In this document: positions 38,838 to 52,228 of the stretch, one piece after another
Numbering within the stretch: the first letter of the stretch is position 1
How the letters are laid out: each line of letters opens with the position of its first letter
From: Laetmonice hystrix
Lineage: Eukaryota
Assembly: GCA_965235115.1 (NCBI GenBank)
Contig: OZ249436.1
Location: 40,240,001 to 40,304,000, forward strand
Direction of reading: 5' to 3'
Length of the DNA stretch: 64,000 nucleotides
The notes under the pieces: model-generated
Seen by the model: the letters and a program-made list of their open reading frames with translations, nothing else
Databases searched by the model: none
What the model was told of the DNA's origin: nothing
Program-made: the position numbers and the translations under genes

Positions 38838-39360
38838 TTTGAACTGAAATTAAGAAGTCGATAATAATACCAATGACAAATCTGAAATCAAGTTGAATCA
38901 ATGGTCAATGCAATGACACTGATTGAAGGAAGTTGAATCGTGGCAAGATATTTTCCATACATTGCAATAACACATGAATATGTCCTACTACGTTTAACTA
39001 GACTATTGTTTTGAAACTAATTAATGATTTTCTCAAAGAAATCCTAGTAGAAACTGATCATTACCAGACTATACACCTTCTTTACACCCTCCGTCGACGA
39101 AGCATGCGTCTGCTATTAAAATTTTGTTTATGTTTTCGTGTCGCCAAGCTTATATAGGTCAATCACAGGCTCACAGTCGAAATTTATAAGTGCGTCGGCA
39201 CCATGTGGTCTGCACCACCTAGATCTATACAATAAATATAATTTGCGCATATAATTTGTTATTCCAAAGCATGACAATCGAACACATGTAGCTCCAAAAT
39301 TAGTCACAGTAAACGTTTGTAAACTGTGTCAGTCGTTTCTGCGGTACTGATATTTTGAAG

Positions 39361-42300
39361 ATGGCGACGTCAGGTGGATTTCTCCGTACAGCGTTTCGCG
39401 CTTGGTTCCAAAAGCGAAATGCTGTTAAGCCGTAAGTCGACAACATTGTCCTTATGTCATGCTTCAGACCATGAGATGTAATCGTAAATTTGAAATGACC
39501 TTTTATAGATCAGGCGTTAGAATAATACGCTAACCTTGGCGTGACCCGGTGGCCGTACCGTCGTAGTACGGCCGACGCTGCGGCTAGGCTAGGCCCACGG
39601 TACGGGACAAGTGCCGTCGCCGTCGGGGCCGCCGTTGGGGCCGCGGGTGGCGACAGGCATCCCACAAGAACGGGTGAGGAGTGTGCCATTTACGATTTAG
39701 TTACTCAAACTTTACACTAGAATCATGATCATTATGAACATTCGGCCTAAACAAAAGGCCCGTTTATAAATTTTTTATAGTCCATCTGGCAACCATCGCC
39801 CGACCTGAGGTCAAAGTTCACGTAGACTTAACTCTCACTGATCGGTCGGCCGACGGCCAGATCGCTGAACATCGCTGCAACTATAAATGTTCAGTGATGG
39901 TCGGCCGACGGACTATAAACTGGGCTTAAACCTTTGTATGTGGTAAGTCTGATAAAGATTCGTAGCGCAGTTTATGAAAAAGCGCGAGTTTGAAATGAGT
40001 GTGTGCCAGCGGCAGCCTTCCCTTCCGCGAGGCAAACCGTCCACACCGCCTACCGGTCCAAATTCCTGGACCCGTCCCTGACCCCCCCCCCCCCCCCCCT
40101 CCACTCAGGCCCTGCTAGATTTGTCGCGTGGTGAAGCACGTGTTGTGTGTTCAATTCAGAAGCGCACCGTAGCGCACGACACACTGTGCAGCATCAGGTG
40201 TTTTCCTAGCTTAAGCGTGTCACACGGGTGTCATACGGACTCTGACCGTCGAGTAATACACCAGCGACTGCTATCCAGCTGGTGTTCTATCTCGGTCCTA
40301 TTGCGCATCATTGCCTCAAAGTCATTTTAGACCACTTTTAGTACACAAATACAAAAGAGGTTACTTCAACAGATACGTAAATGTATTTTGTTGAATGTTA
40401 TCTTACTTCTTAGTAGGTGAAATTCTCAGTTTGGTCAAATACAGCGCGGCGAGGGTGACAAGCGGTGACCCAGTTTATCGGATGTGCATATTAATATTAT
40501 TTGGCAAGAACCCTCCAGATCGGTGACAGATTGCATATAGGTTATCCTGGATCCAAAGTCAGAACATCCAGTCTATTCTGTCTTTCATACATTACCATTC
40601 CCAAAAATGTAGACAAGGTTGACTGGTAGAATAATAACATTTATCCTATTTTTTTATGTATCTTAGAGCTATATATAGGAAGCTGACCAGGCAACTCGAA
40701 CAGAGCTATCACACAGTTGTTCGCCATCCATCAGTAGGCACAAGAACAACATTACAATGTCAGTCCAGAGTTCCACCCCTCACACAGCTTGGTATGTAAT
40801 TTTGTACAATACATAAAGTTTAATAAGAATTGTAGAAATCACTTCTTTTTATTTGTTGTTACAGTTTACTTTCCTAGAAATAATTCTGTAAAATTTCTTC
40901 ATTTTCTGTTTGACTGTGACAGTGAGGAGCATGTTCATTCAAACTCAGGAGACACCGAATCCCAACAGTCTGAAATTCTTACCTGGCGCTGAGGTCCTTG
41001 AAAGTGGTACCATCGATTTTCCAAGTGTAAAGCATGCAGAGTGTTCACCTCTGGCTAAGTATGTATCAATCAAATATATATGTCTGAAAGTTATGTACAT
41101 CAATTGTGTAAATGTAATGGCATTAATGATAGTAAATTGTAGCCATGTGCTGATCAAGTAGCAGATATACCTGTATAAGCTTTAATTGATATTTATATTA
41201 TAGGATAGAAGGTTCTTCCATTACCGGTAATCCATTAATTTCATGTGGTTCTGATGATGAATTTTCAGGCAGCTGTTCAGAATCAGTGGTGTACGAGGAG
41301 TTTTCTTTGGGACAGACTTCATCTCGGTCACAAAGGTGAACATTAGAACATAAAATAACCAGGAACATAAACATTGACATGAAATCTGAAGTGTACAGCC
41401 AGGGTTTCCTGGAGAATTTCACCATTGGGAGTTGATAAAGGGCAGAGGGAGTAGCCTCCGGTTAGGCAGCCAAAAAACGTAAACTAAAGGGAAGCAACTT
41501 ATTTCTTTAAGATGGGTGGGGGTAACTCCTCCCAAATAATTAAGCCCAATTGATTTTGCATTAAAAATATTTTTTAAGTAGCATATGCCGAATTACAATC
41601 TTTGGTGTATTTCATGCATGGGTGCTTCACATTCCTGTAAATAACCTTTTTAATATTATAATATTATTTAGCATGATGATGGAGAATGGCGAGTCATCAA
41701 GCCTGAAATATTTGGGATTATCATGGACTATTTTGCATCTGGTCTGCCTGTCATGAGTGGGGATCCCATTACTACATTGGCTGGTAGGTTTGAATTCATC
41801 ATCACCTCATACAGTACAAGTTGGATTCATGGCAAATAAAATCCTGGTGACATTATTTATTATTTCTCAGGTGGGTGATATGTTAACCATATTTATGATT
41901 GGGATGTCACCTGTTGATAAATACATCTTCCTACATTGATGCAAATGGTATGGTGGACGATAAAGATGAGACGTTATCTTTGATTTCTTAGGCAGGTGAT
42001 ATTATGACTGGTATAATGTTGACAATATTTATGAATGAGTCACGATATCAACATATTTTCACTAGATAATTAATGGGATGTTGTAGATGATACAGAGGAG
42101 GATGAGGATGAAACTGTCATGATGATAAAAGAACTGCTAGATACACGTATCAGGCCGACAGTTCAAGAAGACGGCGGTGACATAAAGTTTGTGGTTAGTT
42201 TTTTCATCTCTTATGTTGACAACAGGAGATAGATAAATTGCATAATCAACAGAGTTATCAGGATTTCTGCCAAAATATTTTTATTCCCATTAATGTTCAA

Positions 42301-42766
42301 AGTTCCACAGACAAGTTCTCCAATTACCTCCCAGTACATTCAGACCAACAGAGGTCGTAAAGTACTAAAAGAAAAAAAACTTGAGGTGGACAGAGATTAA
42401 GAATTGGCCGTATTTTCCAGAAATTTGAGGATGGCATAGTAAAACTGAAGATGCAAGGGGCCTGCACAAGCTGCCCAAGCTCTATCGTGACCCTGAAGAA
42501 TGGTGTTCAAAATATGCTTCAATTCTACGTCCCAGAAGTGATCTCTGTCGAACAAGTAAGTAGGAAAGTGATGAGTAATTTTTTACCTTTTGCTTAGTTT
42601 GCTATGGACAGTTTGCAAATAACGTGTTCATACAAAATTCTACAATGTAGAATTTTTTGAATAACTTTTTCAGGTGGACTCGGACGAAGTTGATGACATA
42701 AATCAAGACGTGTTTGAAAAGGTTGAAGAAAACTTAGGTGAGAAGCGAAAAGACCCCGGTCAGTGA
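39361..42766 (+). CDS. NFU1: NFU1 iron-sulfur cluster scaffold, mitochondrial (8 exons)
   Basis: Exons 39361-39431, 40667-40791, 40923-41058, 41269-41335, 41672-41783, 42087-42193, 42421-42555, 42674-42766. Motifs [39 protein letters not shown] and [10 protein letters not shown] (CxxC); basic N-terminal presequence. Confidence 0.95.
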
Positions 42767-45700
42767 ACTACATATTTCACCATGTGGCGCCACTGCAATG
42801 TTCAACCTAGGTGTCCACGAGTCTTTCATCTTCACAGTAAACAACAGCATGTAAACATCGGTGGAATTCAACTTTTTGTGGCGTGGGGGTCTCTGCTCCT
42901 TGGATTTGTCCATGGCCACAATTAAATAGGCCTCTCTGAAAAAGAGTCATCAGGACTGTTACAGGAAAGGTACTTGCACTAATTGGCATTGTAGCTTTTC
43001 AAGTATACAATTGTAAAATGGACAGGATTGCACGTAGGTGATACGAGAAAGGAAAGCGTTCAGGAAAGATTAATGTATAAAATGTATAAATTGCAATGGT
43101 GGACATACACCCCCCCCCCTCCCCGACCTTGGCGCAAACCTGGATCTGCCTGTGAGGCCTTTTTACAGGAATATACTCTAAGCAACATGCAACCAGGAGA
43201 AATAAGTAACCTTGCCCAGGAAATAAGTGGCCCTTGCCAGTTACCGGTAGTCAAGATACCGGTATACCCGTTATGTAGAAATAGCGTGTGACGTGCCCTG
43301 TGGCCACAGTATTTACTCAGAGGATGGTAGATGATGCTAAATTTATTATACCAGAGTAATTTTCGCTGTATGGGTGGCTATGTTGCCATTGGTGTCTATC
43401 ACAAAAGGAAGTAATTTTGAAGCTCTTTCTTGTGTACATTTTCAGGGATCACACTAGCTGGTTTAACATGCTCATGAATGTGAATACAATGTACTTTTAG
43501 CCTGTGGCGAGATCGTACCCGAACGTTTGGCAATTTGGCACGTTAGTAAATCACCTTGCCACTGACACGGAGACATCTATGCCTGGGAAATGTCGCCAGA
43601 TACAGATGGGTTCCCGAAATGTTTCCTTTTGTGATCCCTGATTTCTGTGGTCATTGTTTTGAGTAAACTGTGAAAGCTAACGTGTTGTACAGTAAATCTA
43701 CTACTTTAAGTGTTGGAAAATGTTCAAAGGGCCTTTAAAGGACATTTAACAATGAAATGATGAGATGGAAAATTAACGGTGATAGCGAAACCGTGTTAAC
43801 TATACGTGTATTTGTCTAAAATATATATAAAACCAATGAACAAAGGGAAGTAAAGTTACTTTGGCTGGCAATTACATGTATAGAGGGATTGTATATAAAA
43901 CAAATAAAACCTCAAACTAGATTATTTATCGAGATATTATCATACCCTGAGCTGGTAATATTATTTCAATAAATACATTGTGAAACTTACAAGATATTTA
44001 TGGTTTTTTTTAAATACATACATGTACAAATAGTGGAAATAACTCACTGATTTAGCCCCGGAAGTCTTTGAAACCAGCCAGACCACAGAATGGAGGGAAG
44101 CCATGTTTGAATACTCGGCATGTCAGCATGTCAAACCATTCATATACATGGATACAGGTGGCTGGGATTACACTGATGCATCAGACCGATTGAACGTGCA
44201 AATCTTATAACGGTATACACAGTAAGCTCAGAACTGAACACACAAAAACTGTATACAAAAAAACTTTTTTATTTTTAAAAACCTACAATTTCACAAGGTG
44301 TCATGACACTCACCAGAGATATTGACATCTGCACATACTTCATTCCTCCAAGACAAATAATAAGCTAACCATTTTTCTTGGCTCTACCTTTTGTCCTTAT
44401 ACAGGGTTCATACGGGTTATTGAAAACCTGGAATGTCATGTAATTTTACTTTATCGTTTTCCAGGCCAGGGTCAAGGAAAGTCACGGAATTTCAAAATGT
44501 ATAAAAATATTTATTCTAAATCAAATTATTGCCACCGTTAATTACTAATTAAAATGATTTAGAAAACGAAGAGGGGAAACTTGAGAAAAAAAAACAGGTA
44601 CACATGTATACACGACGTGTATGGTACTTGTGCAATGTAGTGAACATCTCTGACTCTTTCACATGGACAGGCAACAACTGAAAGGGGTTTTTCTGTTAAC
44701 CGTGAGATTTAATCTAATCAGAAAAGCATAAGAGTAGATTTTTTTTTTTCATTTTTTTCATCAGCTACACTGAGAATATCATAGAAATGTCTGTGAATTC
44801 ATGTTGGAAAGTTATATGGAATCGTCTTCGTGTGGAAATGTACCAACCATGTTATACATAATCATCAACACTATCCTCATCCTTTCTTTCAGTATCCTTT
44901 CTGTAGTTTGACAAGAGAAAACGGACTGAATACTGACGATTCATGCAGGCCTGTGATTTTTCCGGATTTCCGGCTATTTTGTATCAAAAAGTTACCCCTC
45001 TGATTGGAGCAAATCTGTTAAGATCTTATAATTCATATCTAGGGGGGTGGGGGTAAAAATTGGTCAAAACCTCCAAAATGCATCAGATTGCACCATTTTA
45101 AACATGATGAAATTGTCACATTTTTCGAGGGACACCCCTCCCACACCCGCCCCTAGTTGCACCACAAAAGTTCAGGCTTTTTTTCCTTCACCTGATCACA
45201 CCCCTGTTCATGGAGAACCATCTACAACGTCATACACCTCGTAATCTTCTACTTAGCAGGAAGACAATGTTCTCTTCACACATTAAGAGTTCATTTCTGA
45301 CCAAGGTCCACAAATAGAGTAGCAAAAATATTCAGATCTTATCTCCACATTACGTATGTTCTACTGATCATGTCTAACAAATATTGCTGACAAAGCTACG
45401 GTATTTTCAATCTGCCCTTAAAAAATTCCAGTACCAAGAAAGCAGTGAATCTGGCAGTGTTGTAGAATAAAGCAGTTATCTTGTATGTACACCAAGGCTC
45501 GAAATAAGCGCTATCGCATCACAGTTTGCGATCCAATATTCACGTTTTGCGATGTTATTTGAATGATTGTTATATTCTAATTTCTATTTTGTTTAAATCA
45601 AAGACTATAACATTTGATTCATTTTATTTACATGATTAGTCTCAGGAAATTGTGAATCAAATTTAAAAATTGCTCCGCAAACACAATGAATAGCAAAATT

Positions 45701-45910
45701 GATCCAGACCCCTCAAAACTTATTTCGAGCCTAGTACACTGATATGCAAGATAAGGCTATCGTCAGATTAACCATAATCTTATAATCTCTAGAGATGCAG
45801 TAACTCAGTTATATGTAGTAAGTGTATTTTTATAAAAAATATTTTTCTGTTGTTTTTACACATACACATAGTTTTCTTTGATGAACATAATGATATAACA
45901 ATAAGATGAA

Positions 45911-48900
45911 CTATAGCTCTGTATGAAGACCAAGTGCTTTTGATATCCGAGTCTTCAACTCGCGATGGATTTTCTTCACCTGAAATCATCAAACATAACT
46001 TCCATTTAAGAAAAGTTGTTACAGGGTCATGTTACCAGTCTGAAAAAACAACACCAAGCAACCAATTTATGGCTACCTTATATTTTATGGTTTAGGGCAA
46101 TGAAAAATATTTAAAATGATTCTAAAACGCTGTACACACAAAATGTATTTGTTGAGTTAAATGTCTAGATCATGATAACATACCTTATAACCGTAACTGT
46201 TTGCTTTCTCTTCCAGTTCTGCATGTTTTGGTGGCATCTTATTCAACTTGTCTGGGCTCTTGTAAGACTCAACCGACAGTCGCACTTGTTCCTCAAAATA
46301 GGCATGTTTCTTGATTCTATGCTCAAAATGAACAAGTTCTTCCTGTCGGGTAAAACAATGTGTATATTATATATTACTAAAAGATTAGAATATTGGCTTT
46401 CTTATGACCTCTGTCAGCTTGTAGGGAAAACTTTGTGACATCACCATCATTAGGGATATATGCACTTGGTTGAGTGCATTTCTCCTGAGTACAAAATTAT
46501 GAACTCTATGGATTGCTCTTTTTGTTTACAAGCTTGTATAAATCTAAGGCATCCTGTAACCTTACATGGGTGCAAGACTACAAATTGCTTCCAAATGGAA
46601 GTATAACACTACTGACGTACCTTAAAAGACTGCAGTTCCACTTCTGAGAAATTGGATTTCTTAGCCATTATCCAAAGCTCTATAACTTTGGGATCTGAAA
46701 AGTCTGCATCTTTACTATCTGTGTTCATCATGCGCTGTAACCGTTCATAGTCATCCTTTAGCTCTTGATTTTTAGACTTTAATTCATTCTTGATTGCTTT
46801 ACGCTGCTTCTTTTCGTCTTTCCTCTTTGTAAGCCCCTCGGCTGTATTATCAATTTTGGATTCTAGGAGATAAAGGACAGAACAGAAATGCATTTAATTT
46901 AATCATTAGTACATTGTTGTCTGTACATAAGAAAATAAATAAAAACCTAGGGATGGTCATGGTGAAACTAGATGGTATAAAATTCTGAATGTTAGCCCTC
47001 CACAGGTACAGTTTAGCAAAGTACATAATTAACATCCTGCGATTCACAGGTATTTAGTTGGCCTACCTCCACCAAAATCCAACACGTCGATCTCATTGCT
47101 CAGCAGTCGATACTGATCCATCTTCTCTTGATAATGCATGAATTCTGTCTTCAACTTAATCAATTCCTCATCTGAAACCAAGAAAAGGCATTCTCATTTC
47201 AGGTTACTGACAGTAAGGAAACAGTCACTATCACCACTGCAACATTACCTGCAGCAATCTGAAAAATTCAGTGTCTTTATTCTCTGGTTATAATTGTTTT
47301 TACAATACCCGGTATCTGGAAATTTTATCCATCTCAGACATGATTTTGCACAGCATTCATGACCTTTATGACTCATGAAGCTATGATTTCAATGGTCTTG
47401 GTAGGCTTACCCCTAATCTCTTTAGTAAGGACAGTTGTTTACCTGTGAAACCTGTTGCCTTAGCCTTCTTCCATAACTTTCCAAGTTTTTCATCCATCTT
47501 TAGTGCATGCCCGTCATCAACCTTGCCATCCTCAAGCTTCCAAGTCTCATTTTCAATGGGTTTCTTGTTGTCCTCTTGATTTTCAAAGTGCACAATGAGT
47601 TCGTACCTTTCAAGGATCTCTGCACAGAAATGTTTTTCATGTTACTTAAATCACTGGTAACAAAAAATCAGAGACAAACTTTGGTTGTATCACTGTGTCT
47701 AAAAAGCTTCTGACACAGAGTACCTGTATGTCATCAACAATTCAAGAGTACTTTACTTTACTCTAACATTACATTATGTGGCTTTAAGGAAACTAGCAAC
47801 CTGAGAAATCTGGTTGTCAGTTAAACATTTACTGGTGTTAGACTTCCAATTCATTCTTTCATTCATATTTGTAATGTAAGAATTTTGCCACAAATTTGAG
47901 AAACTTTGCTACCTGTATCTAGAGCAACTGCTCTTGAAAGGAATGCATCAATGAAATGGTTTGTTTGTTTTTTGTTTTTTCTTTTTACCATAACTTTTTT
48001 TCCAGCAGGGACTCTACTCTTGTAACTGTATAGACACTTTAACTAACCATTAAGTTTAGCTCTTGTATAGGCAGCAAACTCCCCTTCTTCATCATAGCCG
48101 TCAATTCTCTTCCTCTTTGCCTCCAGTTCTTGCTTATCTTGGATTTTCAGATCCACATACAGTTCTTCCATCTGGTTTGCTGCCAACCTCTGAAAACAAA
48201 ACCTCAGCTATTACAGAGATATCCCATTATTAAACCATAGTCAAGTGTCACTTCCAATGTAATTCAATGTTTTAAGTGAAATTTGAGTGACGTCCGATGT
48301 TCACTTAAGCTGAGAGTAAGACTGCCCGAGTACTTAAGACAAATAGCTCGAGTGGATTTAAGTGTAAGAGAAACTGGCCCCAGAAGTGCAGAACAAAACA
48401 CCAAAGTTCTGACTGAGTCCGATATGTATAGACACATTTACTGACTCACCGTCGAGTTCAAAATTAAATACACTGACTCAGACTGTGCAGGGGAAGACTT
48501 TTTTTTTTAATACTAATATTAATTCATTTGTTTTTTCTTGCCGAATACGACGGCTTGATAAAGGTTTACTTGGTATCACGTTATATAATTATGCCATGTC
48601 CAAGATCTTTCGCTAAATCGGCCAAATCCACTATGACTAAGTAGGCCTAACGTTACTGCACTTAGGCCTTATATTAGCACATCTCTGCGCTGCCGGGGCC
48701 TACGCCCCCCGCCGCCGGCAGGGACAAGACCCACGAGTCGCGGTCAACTTACTTTCTTTGCTTTCTGCCAGACCAGGTTAATTTTCTGCATCCGGAATGG
48801 ATTTTCCATCTCGCTCTTGTTCTTCTTTATATTCTTCTCCTTTGAATACTTGTTTCCTCCTTCAACTAATACGATAAATATCACGATCAGTGACAGCAGT

Positions 48901-48929
48901 TTCATCGTCATCCTCCCCATGTCTGCCAT
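45911..48929 (-). CDS. LRPAP1: Alpha-2-macroglobulin receptor-associated protein (RAP), 7 exons, ER-retention signal HTEL
   Basis: Exons 48929-48753, 48189-48048, 47619-47443, 47171-47067, 46862-46621, 46342-46184, 45979-45911. Signal peptide, then NKYSKEKN...NPFRMQKINLVWQKA, KLGKLWKKAK, FSDPKVIELW, ELVHFEHRIKKH and C-terminal HTEL*. Confidence 0.93.
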
Positions 48930-49081
48930 TTTGATGCTTGTGTCAGCGTTGTGGGAGTTCCCTCTGACCTACAAACAAAAATGACGTCACTTCCGGGGAC
49001 TTTCCTCTTTTGCCTCCTGGCCGATCTTGCCCCATCTACCTCGGGTTTGCCCGACCGGTGGTCAACGCTCAGACGGAGGCG
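48930..49081. promoter_or_regulatory. Bidirectional LRPAP1/FADD promoter with CRE, ETS and NF-kB sites
   Basis: GGGAGTTCCC 48953-48962, TGACGTCA 48982-48989, ACTTCCGG 48989-48996 and GGGGACTTTCC 48995-49005 lie between divergent ATGs 152 bp apart. Confidence 0.75.
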
Positions 49082-52000
49082 ATGGATCCCGATCGATACA
49101 GACGCATGTTAGCCGAACTATCTCGAAATATCGGGGAGAAAGATTTGAAAGCTTTGAAATTTATGTGCCTTGAAGACATTCCCCGAGCCAGACAAGAGGA
49201 AATCACCGACGCCTACCAGCTGTGGATCGCCCTGGAAGAGCGGGATTGTATCGGGCCCGGCAACTTGACATTTCTCAGGAAGCTACTGGCTCAGATAGCA
49301 GAGGGCAGGACTGTGCTGACGAAAATCCTCGACAGTTACTGTGTAGGCCTACCACAAGGTTTTGAAGAATCCCGTCATGTTGGTACCGAGGCTAGACAAG
49401 GTTAGTTATTAGGCCTAATCTGGCTTTTCTTTTTATTACGTTTTACTCCCCGTTTTGACTCACCACTCAGTTTGAACATCAAGCAGTGGCGGATCCGGGG
49501 GGGACAGGGCGTCAGATAATATTTTAAGGTGGGGAGTTTTTGACTCCCCCTCTTTTTTCAGGTTGCGTATTGGAGTACCCATCCTCAACAAGTGTTGCGT
49601 ATTTGACTTCCAACTTCCAACTTTCAACTGATCTGGATGTGTTTCAAAAATCTTTTCAAAAGTCCTTTGCCACACTGATTATTTTTTAGAGACCCATACC
49701 AATATTTATGAATCAGTATGCAATAAATGTGCTTTGCTAATGCTGGGAACAACTGAAACTGACAACAGTATTGTCCAGTTGGCACCCTACTGGCATATGG
49801 TGCCAATGTGTCCAGCTGTTGGCACCCAGCCAGCGCTTGCTGACCACTGCAGACCATTAGAAGCCCCCTCCCAACCATATTTGACGCTCAGTGCAGAAGG
49901 ACTCAGCGTATGGGAAGCTTTTATCACCCAATACTGATGCGTTTTTGACGATAGGGTCTTCAAAATTACTGCGTATTTCCACCACTTCAGTGCGTAAATA
50001 CGCAAATACGCACCTTATCTGCACCCTCCCCGCCCCCTCCCCCCCTCCCCGCCCCCATTTTCCAAACTATTGCCTATTTTCTATGTTTCATGCTTTAAAA
50101 ATAATGGAATTTCTTTGAAAAATTTCTACTATACATGTTCAAAAAACATGTTTCCGACATTCCTGAAAAAAGACAATTCTGGGGGAGGGCCCCCAGACCC
50201 TCGAAAATGGGCCACTGATTATCCAACAAAAGTTGGGCCCCCCTTTTCTGAAATCCTGGATCTGCCACTGTCAAGGTAGGCCTAGGCCAGGGCTAGGCTA
50301 ATGTACAGGATTTTGGTGAAGAGGCGGGGGTGGTCAGCATGGTCAATTCAGAATGTTCTGTGGGGACAAATAAAAAAAAAACACTTGCCAAGGGAAGGGG
50401 GGATGATACAGAAATGTTTGTTTGAGCAGAGTATAGCCTAGACAATCCCTCCCTCCCTCCCTCCCTCCCTCCCTCCCTCCCTCCCTCCCTCCCTCCCTCC
50501 CTCCCTCCCTCCCTCCCTCCCTCCCTCCCTCCCTCCTCTTTTAAGATAGGAAATGTAAATCACAATTTATTAGACAAAAGTTTTCTTCCTAAATTAACAC
50601 ACCTCAAACAGTCTGTGATGAGTATTTCAAAAAGTCTTTTTTAAAGACTATTTCTAATTCCGAGGATCAGGATGTTTTATGGTGATTCTCATTATTGCCA
50701 GGAGTGCAGCAGGTGGCTTGGTTTATATAGCTCCAGCAGTAGATGGGTCATGTAGTATGTCGATCAAGTACCAGTGGCGAACTTTGTACATCTTACCTTG
50801 TGCGAGGTCAGAGAGTGCGCGTGGGTTTCAAAGTTCTTTCTGTCCAGATGGCTACCATGTTTAGATATAATGACTTTCTGATTCTCAGTTGTACAGCCTT
50901 TTCAATAAGCGCCGGCGGCCGGCGGTTTTGCCTGCCTACTTCCCAAATACCGCCGCCAACTTTTTCAAAATGAAAAAATCATTTTTAGTCCAATATGTCC
51001 TCTGACATAAATCTGAGTGGAACTGATCTATTTACCCTACAAATTGATGCCAATTTTACTCTCAGAATGCACCCGAGTTCACCTACGGACACGAAAAAAT
51101 CAAAACTTTTCAGGTGACCGTGGATGCCCCTAGACCCCCAGCGAGAGCAGGATTTCTCCTCCCGCACCCCACTCCACCCACAAAAGTCGGCGCGGCATCG
51201 ACCAGCGGCTGCTGCAGCAGGGCCACCTCCTTCTGCCTACCTCCTGACTACTTTGTCAGCTCCCCCTTCTACTTTGCTTCTTATTGAAAACCCTGGTTGT
51301 ATTATCTGAGCAGACAACCTCACCTGGCTATATCTGCGATGTAGATAAGAACGCTTCAGATGTGCTGACTTAAAAATGGAATTTGACCTAGGGGGCACAC
51401 CCGGCACCCCCCCCCCCCCCCCAGTTGAACCTGACAGTTTCATTTCAGTTTGTGTACCTTTTCTAAATGAAGTTATTAAAATACCTTCATGGATTAATCG
51501 GATTAATCTAACATGTGCTACATTGTACGCAGAAGAAACACGGTGTTTGCTAATTAGTTATTTTTTAGTTTATGAGATTCTGATTGGGTCAATCACCCAC
51601 CCCATGCTTGACTTAGATGGGTGGGTGGATGGGCGCCCCCCCCCCCCCCCACCACCACCACCACCACCACCACGTTGCCCACATCCTGGACCCGCTACTG
51701 TAGACTAGTTGGCCGTATGTATTGTTGTTGAACCCGTGGGAATATCACCATAATATTAAAAGTTTCAAAAACAAGTGGGCCTATGAAAACAGTTGGTCTA
51801 ATACTATTCTAAACGGTAAAACCTCTATCCGTATCAAAGAATAGTGACACTTAGCTGACATGCAGCATGAAATCTGGAACAGCCGGTACGATTATCAAAT
51901 CGCGTCAGTATACTATCCCAATCTCAAATAGAGCTAACCCCTCTTATATCTTCCAGACCTGGGACCAGAAGTGAAATATCTCTCTAGTAACCTGGGTAAG

Positions 52001-52228
52001 AACTGGCGCCAAGTGATGCGGCAGCTGCGGGGAGTCACTGAGGCGGACATCGACGAGGCGGTGGAGCGCCACCCACGAGCCCTCCAAGAACAGATTCGGT
52101 CTTGTCTCCGTACGTGGCTGACTCGGGCTGGGGTGTTGGCCAGCCGGGCCGCCCTCATCAGTGCGTGCGAGGAGTGCGACATGAACCTACACGCTGAAAA
52201 CCTCCGCGATATGGAGGGCCGGAACTGA
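49082..52228 (+). CDS. FADD: FADD-like adaptor (N-terminal DED plus C-terminal death domain), 2 exons
   Basis: Exon 1 (49082-49400) encodes a DED: YRRMLAELSRNIGEKDLKALKFMC...LWIALEERDCIGPGNLTFLRKLL. Exon 2 (51957-52228) encodes a DD: LSSNLGKNWRQVMRQL...LQEQIRSCLRTW...LISACEECDMNLHAE. Phase-1 intron with canonical sites; the two-exon layout is as in FADD. Confidence 0.88.
50446..50536. repeat. (CCCT)n microsatellite
   Basis: More than 20 perfect CCCT units in the FADD intron. Confidence 0.95.
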
